From Macrostomum lignano (taxonomy: Eukaryota): a stretch of DNA of 64,000 bases. Under the pieces are notes generated by a model that ran no database searches, was not told the origin of the DNA, and saw only the letters and a list, made by a program, of their open reading frames with translations. Positions 11,501 to 19,869 of this stretch are shown in pieces; the stretch's first letter is position 1, and every line of letters begins with the position of its first letter. The stretch covers positions 1 through 64,000 of the forward strand of contig NIVC01001811.1 of assembly GCA_002269645.1 (NCBI GenBank), written 5' to 3'. The position numbers and the translations under genes were made by a program.

Positions 11501-14068
11501 ATTCGACATCTGCTGGTCAGCCTTCGACTGTTGTCGACACCGCGTCTGGTGTCGAGGCAGCAACCGGTCAATCGTCGGTTGCTATGGCAACAGAGTCGAA
11601 CTCGCCAAGTGTTCCAGCCGACGCCTTGCTAGTTCGGCCGTCCAAGTCGGTCAGCGCGGCTGTCCGGACTAAGGCGTACACCATACTGGAGTCTGACGGC
11701 CTGGGCCGGCACTCCTCGGAGCCTTTGGTAATTATAGCCTGCGGTTTTTCTTAGAAATTCAATACTGCGATAATCTAAGATTGAGGCTATTTATTAGCGT
11801 TGCCAGTTTAATGTTTAATGTCTTGAAATTAGTCTCTAATAAATAATAATCGGCTTAAAATAGTCCCTCTTTAACAATGTACTTTAAAATCGCCTACTTA
11901 AGATCGACCCCTAAAAACGCCCTCCCTCCTTAAAATCGCCCTCCCCCTCTAAGAATCGCTTTCCCCTAAAAATCGCCCTCCCTCCTAAAAGTATTCTTCC
12001 TCTCAAAAACCGCCCTCCTAAGAATCGCCCACCCCCAAAAATTGACAATCCCTAAAAACCGCTTTCCCCATAAAAATCGTCTTCCCCCTAAAAATCGCCC
12101 CCTAAAAATCGTCACCTAAAAATGCCTGCAAATTCCCAATCCTAAAATCGCCCCGAAACCCCCCCCCCCCCTAGGTACTCGTTGACAGCCGCCACGAGTG
12201 CCGCTTCTGCGGCCAGTGCTTCCCCAATTTCCATCAGCTTCGCAGCCACCTGCACCGGCTGCACCAACAATTAAAAGTCTACCGCTGCCTGCTGGCCTCA
12301 TGCCAGTTCCAATGCGGTCCATTAGATCCGTTTCTAAAGCACCTGGAGCAGCACAGGGCCGCGGGCGAGCTGTCCTATCCGTGTCAGAAGTGCGGTGATC
12401 AGTTCAGCACGCTGCAGCAGCTGGCTCTGCACGAAGCCGCGCACTCGCCAACTGCCGCTGACAAAGACGATGCTGACGACAGCGTCACCGACAGCCAAGA
12501 CGATTCCAACAATGAGCAGGTCCGAAGCAGGAGCACCCGGAAGAAGCCTTCTTCCTCTTCTGCTTCTGCAAAGAAGAAATCTAGATTGTCTGGTCGAAGG
12601 CGGGCAAGGTTTGTAAAATACTACTAGCAGGGATTTTAGATGATTGGGGAATACCATCCTAGTGCTGGGCCGTCTGGAGCTTGAGTACCTGGAGCTTGAG
12701 TACCTGGAGCTTGAGTACCTGGAGCTTGAGTACCTGGAGCTTGAGTACCTGGAGCTTGAGTACCTGGAGCTTGAGTACTTGGAGCTTGAGTACCTGGAGC
12801 TTGAGTACCTGGAGCTTGAGTACCTGGAGCTTGAGTATCAGTTTGAGTACCTGGAGCTTGAGTACCTGGAGCTTGAGAAACCTGGAGCTTGAGTACCTGG
12901 AGCTTGAAAAACCTGGAGCTTGAGTACCTGGAGCTTTTGAGTACCTGGAGCTTGAGTGCCGGGAGCTTGAGTACCGGGAGCTTGAGTACCGGGAGCTTGA
13001 GTACCGGGAGCTTGAGTACCGGGAACTTGAGTACCGGGAGCTTGAGTACCTGGAGCTGGCACCGGGATCTGACACCGATAGCTGAGTCACTAATGCCACT
13101 CCCCCATTATCTCAACATTAATCCCCCCCTTCAGCGCCGCGGACAACAGTTGCCGCTGCCTGGAATGCGGCGCCCAGTTCAAGAGCAGCCGGGCCGCGCT
13201 GGTGCACAAGCACCAGGCCCACCACCGGACACATTGCTGCCCAGTCTGCCGCAAGAAATTTGTCTTTTATAAGCGGCTTTGCGAGCACATGGCCAGCCAC
13301 GGTGCCCTGTCGGAGCTGCCGAAGCCGGCCAGTCGAAATGTCCAACGTCGATTTGTCTGTCCGATGTGTCCGAACCGCTACCGGCTGAGGGTGCAGCTGG
13401 ACTATCACCTGGTGACGGTGCATCATCAGTCAGCTAATAGGTCCATAGTTAGTGCCAACAATCAGTCCCTGGCCTGCCCGATTGAAGGCTGCCCGAGCCG
13501 CAGCGGCACTCAGGCTCACCTGAAGCTGCACCTGCTTCGCCAGCATCGCAATCGAGCTATTGACGCCTCCGTGACCCAGTTCGACTGCGACATCTGTCCC
13601 AGACGGTTGTACAACAAGCGAGCTTTCCTGAGGCACATGCGAAAGCACGAGCAAGCCGAGCGGGTTTCTGCTTCTAGGAGGCAACAGGAAACTGTGGCTT
13701 GCTGTCAGGTGTGCGGCAGAAAGTTCAAGCGATTAAACGCTTTGAAATTGCACGAGTCAACTTGCAGAAGCAGCAATAGCGGCAATAGAAGCAATAGAAG
13801 CAAGCCGGGAAACATTGATCCGACTAGTTGCGACAGTCTACGGAGGTCTGACCGGTTGCGGTCCAAGAGACAGGCTGGGAACCAGTGTAGTGAGCAGCTG
13901 AGTCTATTAGAGGACCGAACTGATCACTGTTCGGAGCTGGCGTCTTCTCAGATGTGTACGGAAGAAGATATTGGGCAAAAGCAGCAGCAGCAGCAGCAGC
14001 AGAGTTTTCTACAGTTATTGCCTGACTTTGATTCTGCTAATAACAGCTTGATTCCTATTGATTATTGA
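8588..14068 (+). CDS. ZNF341: C2H2 zinc-finger transcription factor, ZNF341 orthologue, 5 exons, ~1055 aa
   Basis: Exons 8588-8950, 9905-10952, 11339-11727, 12175-12608, 13135-14068 (3168 nt, phases consistent). The N-terminal [22 protein letters not shown], the [33 protein letters not shown] finger and the [10 protein letters not shown]...VYRCLLASC...ELSYPCQKC cluster match my recollection of the ZNF341 layout. Confidence 0.85.
9061..9134 (-). pseudogene. Degenerate tRNA-like sequence (tRNA pseudogene or SINE head)
   Basis: Minus strand has B box GGTTCGACTCC with a partial T-stem and a CTGATAA loop. The D-arm and anticodon stems pair poorly. Confidence 0.35.
9640..9868 (-). mobile_element. 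tRNA-derived CORE-like SINE, copy 2 (ZNF341 intron 1)
   Basis: Clearly homologous to 2133-2395 over ~200 bp. The head begins GGGGTTGTAGCCTAGTGG on the minus strand. Confidence 0.75.
12675..13065. repeat. 15-bp minisatellite (GGAGCTTGAGTACCT)n in ZNF341 intron 4
   Basis: Direct tandem repeat. Confidence 0.95.
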
Positions 14069-14124
14069 CACTATTGACAGTTTTAGTCTAATGACAATTG
14101 CATTTTTAAAGGTTAAATTGCTAT

Positions 14125-14910
14125 TTATATACATGGGATAATCCTTTGATGATTAATTTGACCTGGGATAATCATGTGTTGATTAATTTCACCTGGGATA
14201 ATCCTTTGATGATTAATTTCACCTGGGATAACCATTTGTTGATTAATTTCACCTAGGATGATCATTTGTTGATTAATTTCACCTGGGATAATCATTTGTT
14301 GATTAATTTCACCTAGGATAATCATTTGATGATTAATTTCACCTGGGATAACCATTTGTTGATTAATTTTACCTGGGATAATCATTTGTTGATTAATTTC
14401 ACCTGGGATAATAATCATTTGATGATTAATTTCACCTGGGATAACCATTTGTTGATTAATTTTACCTAGGATAATCATTTGATGATTAATTTCACCTGGG
14501 ATAATAATCATTTGTTGATTGATTTCACCTGGGATAACCATTTGTTGATTAATTTTACCTGGGAAAACCATTTGTTGATTAATTTCACCTAGGATAATCA
14601 TTTGTTGATTAATTTCACCTGGGATAACCATTTGTTGATTAATTTCACCTAGGATAATCATTTGTTGATTAATTTTACCTAGGATAATCATTTGATGATT
14701 AATTTCACCTGGGATAATCATTTGTTGATTAATTTCACCTGGGATAACCATTTGTTGATTAATTTTACCTGGGAAAACCATTTGTTGATTAATTTCACCT
14801 AGGATAATCATTTGATGATTAATTCACCCGGGATAATCATTTATTGATTAATTTTACCTGGGATAATCATTTGATGATTAATTTCATTTGGGATAATCAT
14901 GTGTTGATAA
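14125..14910. repeat. 30-bp minisatellite (TTGATTAATTTCACCTGGGATAATCATTTG)n
   Basis: Direct tandem repeat downstream of the ZNF341 stop codon. Confidence 0.95.
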
Positions 14911-15199
14911 AATTCACATTGTTCATGTGCACATGTACTGCTCCTTGAAGTTCGTCTGCAATTGTTTAATTGACATCTCAGGTATCAACTAGGATTAGTA
15001 TTAACTAGGAATCTTAGAATTGCTTAAAGTATTTCTTGGAATTGGTAATCGTATATCTGGAAATCAATGCAAAATAGAATATACAACGCAACATTCAGCC
15101 AATTTTATGGTAATGTTTTTTCGCTGTTTTAATGAATGTATCGGTTATCAATTTTTGTTAGTTTATAACTAATATGTCTAATTATTAATCCACTCTCAC

Positions 15200-15630
15200 A
15201 AATGTACACTCGCTGCACACCAAACCTATCCCAATGTACACTCACTCCACACCCACCCCATCCCAATGTACAGTCACCCCACAGCCATTCCGTCCCAATG
15301 TACACTCACTTCGCACCCTTCCCCCTCAATTTACACTCAATTCGCACCCTTCCCCCTCAATGTACGCTAACTTCACATCCACCCCTCCCAACGTACGCTC
15401 ACTCCACACCCACCCCCTCACAATGTACACACTTGCTACACACCCACCCACACCCACCCCCTCCCAATGTACACACTTGCTCCACACCCACCCCTCCCAA
15501 TGTACACTCACTCCACACCCACCCCTCCCAATGTACACTCACTCCACACCCATCCCTCCCAATGTACACTCACTCCACACCCTTCCCCCTTAATGTACAC
15601 TCACTCCGCACCAACCCCCTAATGTACTTC
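15200..15630. repeat. ~27-bp minisatellite (CCCAATGTACACTCACTCCACACCCAC)n
   Basis: Degenerate tandem repeat. Confidence 0.85.
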
Positions 15631-15723
15631 TCTTTATAATGGAACTACAAAACCACTTGCATGCTTCAAAACAGCTTCATCAATTCGATCTAGGCTCTAT
15701 AAAAATCTCTCAATAAACCAAAG

Positions 15724-15918
15724 ATGCTGCTCCGCTACTACCTGAACGAGCAGGGCGAGCGAGTTTACACTCTGAAATCGGTGGACCCGGATGGCAAGCC
15801 GACCCAGTCGGCCCACCCCGCCAGGTTCTCGCCGCACGACCCCTACTCCCGGCATCGCATCACCATCAAGAAGCGTTTCGGCCTGCTGCCCACACAGCAG
15901 CCGCCTGTGGTCTATTAA
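15724..15918 (+). CDS. NOP10: H/ACA snoRNP subunit 3 (Nop10), 64 aa, single exon
   Basis: [18 protein letters not shown]...[34 protein letters not shown] is the Nop10 signature. AATAAA follows at ~15962 and ~16003. Confidence 0.97.
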   Translation: MLLRYYLNEQGERVYTLKSVDPDGKPTQSAHPARFSPHDPYSRHRITIKKRFGLLPTQQPPVVY

Positions 15919-16169
15919 TTTGACCTCGCTTAACCTTGTCTTTTCATCGTGTACTTTTAAAAATAAAGCCTCGTTATTCGCAATGTGAAACGACAGTTTA
16001 TAAATAAAAATGTCTACCAGCCTCATTTGTGGCGAGCATTTCTACTGCGTTGCTAGCTGGGATTTCAGGAACTGAAACTGGGGTTTGAGCTTTGTTCCTT
16101 TTTGGTTAATTCTTTAATAGTTATAGTGTTATTAAATTTGCAGTTTACTCGTATTTCTTACCTCATGTA

Positions 16170-16195
16170 TGTCTGTCTTAGTGTCGGTCTGTCTC

Positions 16196-16228
<33 letters not shown>

Positions 16229-16384
16229 GCCTGTCTGTCTGTCTGTCTGTCTCTGTCTGTCGTCTGTCTGTCTGACTGACTGACTGTCTGTCTGCCTGTC
16301 TGTCTGTCTGTCTGTCTGTCTGTCTTTCTGTCTGTCTTTCTGTCTGTCTGTCTGTCTTTCTGTCTGTGTGTCTGTCTGTCTGCC

Positions 16385-16451
<67 letters not shown>

Positions 16452-16540
16452 GTGTCTGTCTGTCTGACTGTCTGTGTGTCTGTCTGTCTTTCTGTCTGTC
16501 TGTCTGTCTGCCTGCCTGTCTTTCTGTGTGTCTGTCTGTG
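16170..16540 (+). repeat. (GTCT)n microsatellite, probably inside a 5'UTR intron of PIN4
   Basis: Flanked by GTATGT (16167) and TTTACAG (16543-16549). Confidence 0.85.
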
Positions 16541-16623
16541 TATTTACAGTGCCTCCCCAATCTCTCAAGCAGCATCCCACAGCGGTAATTCAGTAAACCA
16601 AGTCACCCGCTGCCAAGCACAGG

Positions 16624-16989
16624 ATGGGCAAGTCCAAGGGTGCAACAGGCGGCGGCAGTGGCGGCAAAGACAAGGACGCCAAAGAGAAAAAAGGCGGCAC
16701 AGCCGTGAAAGTCCGTCACATCCTGTGCGAGAAGCAGTCCAAGTGTCTACAAGCTCTCGAACTATTAAAATCTGGACGAAGATTCAACGATGTGGCGTCG
16801 GAATTCTCCGAGGACAAGGCGCGGTCTGGCGGCGACCTCGGCTGGATGACGCGCGGCTCGATGGTTGGCGACTTTCAAGACGCCGCGTTCGCTTTGCCAA
16901 TCAGCTCGCTGGACAAGCCGGTTTTCACTGACCCGCCCGTGAAAACTAAGTTTGGCTATCACATCATCATGGTGGAGGGGAAGAAGTAG
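16624..16989 (+). CDS. PIN4: Parvulin-type peptidyl-prolyl isomerase Par14, 121 aa
   Basis: Basic Gly/Lys N-terminus, then [17 protein letters not shown]-like [43 protein letters not shown]. Confidence 0.97.
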   Translation: MGKSKGATGGGSGGKDKDAKEKKGGTAVKVRHILCEKQSKCLQALELLKSGRRFNDVASEFSEDKARSGGDLGWMTRGSMVGDFQDAAFALPISSLDKPVFTDPPVKTKFGYHIIMVEGKK

Positions 16990-17089
16990 GCCTGCTGTTG
17001 TTTGGCTCTGGTTCACTTTGGCCAAAGCTGCGAGGCAATCTGTTTTATGGAAGATATGCATCTGTCTGCCTCTGCCCATCTGCCTCCCA

Positions 17090-17587
17090 CCGTCTCCTTC
17101 TCCCTCCCTCTCTCCTCTCTCTCACTTTCCTCTCTCCTCCCCTCTCTCCTTACATTCTCTCCTCTCTCACTCTCCCTCCTCCCTCCCTCTCCTCTCTCCC
17201 TCTCGCCCTCCTCCCTCTCTCTTCTCCCTCTCTTCCCTCTCTCTCCTCTCACTCTCCTCTCCCTTTCCCCCTCCTTCTCCCTCTCTCCTCCTCTCCTCCC
17301 CCCTCTCCCCCTCCTTCTCCCTCTCTCTCCTCCTCTCCTCCCCCCTCTCCCCCTCCTTCTCCCTCTCTCTCCTCCTCTCCTCCCCCCTCTCCCCCTCCTT
17401 CTCCCTCTCTCTCCTCCTCTCCTCCCCCCTCTCCCCCTCCTTCTCCCTCTCTCTCCTCCTCTCCTCCCCCTCTCCCCCTCCTTCTCCCTCTCTCTCCTCC
17501 TCTCCTCCCCCCTCTCCCCCTCCTTCTCCCTCTCTCTCCTCCTCTCCTCCTCCCTCTCCCCCTCCTTCTCCCTCTCTCTCCTCCTCT
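17090..17587. repeat. CT-rich ~37-bp minisatellite, left half of the PLE target
   Basis: The same unit resumes at 22656-22925 after the element. Confidence 0.9.
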
Positions 17588-17589
17588 AC

Positions 17590-17712
17590 GACGAAGAAAT
17601 TTAATTTCGAAATATCGGCTACTCAATTTAAATTGACTTTTTTCAGTCCTTTCTGACTTTCTACCGTGTCAGTGCCCGAGATTGGAGGCGCCCTCCTCTC
17701 TCTCTCTCTCTC
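17590..17712 (+). repeat. 5' truncated pseudo-LTR copy
   Basis: Identical to 22533-22655 (offset 4943). Starts inside the ribozyme core (GACGA). Confidence 0.93.
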
Positions 17713-17754
17713 TCCCTCTCTCTTTGGCCAGCACCGGTAATTCATTTGGACAAC

Positions 17755-19869
17755 ATGAGTTCAGCAACTAACTTCCGTCAGCAACGTCAGTGGTTCAACA
17801 GTCGGAGACGCATTGGACGTCAAGTTGAACCTCAGAGTAACAGTGAACGACCTGCAAGGCCCAGACAGCCTGCCAATCTGCCTCCGCCAGGACCACAGCA
17901 ACAGCCCTTCAGCAACCAAGTCGCGGCAGCGTGCAAGGGACTGTGCAGGATCCATCACCATCTGCAGAACTGGTCTCGCCCGGCAGCTCCAGTGACAGTC
18001 CGAAGGAAGGCAGATAGCCTGACCTTATTCCTCTGTCCAGCGTTCCAGAGCAAGGAGACTCACCAGCGCTTTGAATCCAACGCCCTACAGTGGCTGGTGC
18101 ACACAACGGCGGACATGAGGACGCATTATGGCACGCAGTTCGCAGCGGTGGCCGAGAAGTTGGAGCAGCTTCGACTATCTGGCCCGGTGGAGGAATTCAA
18201 GACCGGCTGGCTCGTAGGCATCCGTTGGGCCGCTAACAAGATTGGCAGAGCCTGGAGTCCCCGCATACTTGACGGGGTGATGGAGCGCCTGCACACCCAT
18301 GGGTTCAAGGCACTGGCTGGCTGTCTGAGTGAACCGGCTACGCAGCTCCAGGCCACACCGCATTCCCAAGCGTCGACCGCTGCCCCACCTACGTCCAGTT
18401 CGTTGGCTTCCATCATCGAGGAGGCGTCGGAGGAGCTCATGTCCATTTTCGAGACTGGAGCTAACGCGCCGGCGGCTTCAATGGCGGCCTCGTCGGCGAT
18501 GGCGCCGGCGGCTTCATCGGCGGCCTCGTCGGCGATGGCGCCGGCGGCTTCATCGGCGGCCTCGTCGGCGATGGCGCCGGCGGCTTCATCGGCGGCCTCG
18601 TCGGCGACCGCGCCGGCGGCTTCATCGGCGGCCTCGTCGGCGACCGCGCCGGCGGCTTCATCGGCGGCCCCGTCGGCGACCGCGCCGGCGGCTTCATCGG
18701 CGGCCTCGTCGGCGACCGCGCCGGCGGCTTCATCGGCGGCCTCGTCGGCGACCGAGCCGGCGGCTTCATCGGCGGCCTCGTCGGCGACTGCGCCGGCGGC
18801 TTCATCGGCGGCCTCGTCGGCGACCGCGCCGGCGGCCTCATCGGCGACTGCGCTGGCGGCTTCATCGGCGACCGCGCCGGCGGCCTCGTCGGCGACTGCG
18901 CCGGCGGCTTCATCGGCGGCCTCGTCGGCGACTGCGCCGGCGGCTTCATCGGCGACCGCGCCGGCGGCCTCGTCGGCGACCGAGCCGGCGGCTTCATCGG
19001 CGGCCTCGTCGGCGACCGCGCCGGCGGCTTCATCGGCGGTCTCGTCGGCGACCGCGCCGCCGGCCTCGTCAGCTTCGTCAGCTCGAGAAGAGAACTCTAC
19101 GGCGCCATTCACACGGAACTGTGCCTCAATTGAGACTCCGACAAACAGGGAGGTGTCCCTCCCCATGACTACGTCTACTGGTGTTCCAGAGACTGTCACC
19201 GCCCGGACAAGTGAAGATGCCGCTGACTCCGGAACCCCGGCGGCCACCAGGAAGAGGCCCCCATCTGGTTCTCCTGATCCCGGTAGCCTCATGCAGCCGT
19301 TGAAGACTGCCAGAAGCTTACGGGAGAACAAAGTCATCTACCACCACGGAGCCAAGAAGCACTGGAAGCTGAGGTCAAAGCAGAAGCCCACTCTGGTGAT
19401 CGCTGACCAGAACGTGGAATTCGTGAAGCTGGCCTCGCCAGACCTAGAGGTGCACTGCTTCCCGGGCCTCACGCTGGACTACCTGAAGAACATCAGCAAG
19501 GTGGAGAATGCGAGTCCCGACACGGGCCGCGTCATCGTCTGGGCCGGCAACAACGACCTCCACCGTGAGAGCTTCGACTTCTCCATCGCCAAGCTCTGGA
19601 AGATGAGCCTGACCAACATCAGGAAGGCTTTCCCCGGCGCGTCAATCTGGGTGGTGCAGACCGTGTGCCCCCCCGATGCGCCGGCGCTCCAGAAGAGTAA
19701 CTGTCGCAAGACGAACCAGCTCCTGAGCAGCTACCGGTCTGTCAGCCTGATCTCGCTGGACACCAAGGACCTGGCATTCCGACGGGACCAGATCAGCCTG
19801 GAGCGACAGTCTGCTGATGGGGCGTTCGCCGTCGCCCTGGAGACGGCGGGCGACCTTCCAAAAAACTGA
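17755..19869 (+). CDS. PLE ORF1 (704 aa): unknown N-terminal domain, Ala/Ser/Pro tandem-repeat linker, C-terminal SGNH/GDSL-like domain
   Basis: ATG at 17755 in ACAACATG context, no stops. Motifs LVIADQN / FPG / VIVWAGNND follow the spacing of SGNH blocks I-III. Confidence 0.8.
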   Translation: MSSATNFRQQRQWFNSRRRIGRQVEPQSNSERPARPRQPANLPPPGPQQQPFSNQVAAACKGLCRIHHHLQNWSRPAAPVTVRRKADSLTLFLCPAFQSKETHQRFESNALQWLVHTTADMRTHYGTQFAAVAEKLEQLRLSGPVEEFKTGWLVGIRWAANKIGRAWSPRILDGVMERLHTHGFKALAGCLSEPATQLQATPHSQASTAAPPTSSSLASIIEEASEELMSIFETGANAPAASMAASSAMAPAASSAASSAMAPAASSAASSAMAPAASSAASSATAPAASSAASSATAPAASSAAPSATAPAASSAASSATAPAASSAASSATEPAASSAASSATAPAASSAASSATAPAASSATALAASSATAPAASSATAPAASSAASSATAPAASSATAPAASSATEPAASSAASSATAPAASSAVSSATAPPASSASSAREENSTAPFTRNCASIETPTNREVSLPMTTSTGVPETVTARTSEDAADSGTPAATRKRPPSGSPDPGSLMQPLKTARSLRENKVIYHHGAKKHWKLRSKQKPTLVIADQNVEFVKLASPDLEVHCFPGLTLDYLKNISKVENASPDTGRVIVWAGNNDLHRESFDFSIAKLWKMSLTNIRKAFPGASIWVVQTVCPPDAPALQKSNCRKTNQLLSSYRSVSLISLDTKDLAFRRDQISLERQSADGAFAVALETAGDLPKN

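Noticed and set aside
17630-17650. Splice-acceptor-like TTGACTTTTTTCAG in the pseudo-LTR (retained PLE intron)
   Set aside because: Plausible given known PLE introns, but I could not identify a matching donor, so it is not claimed.
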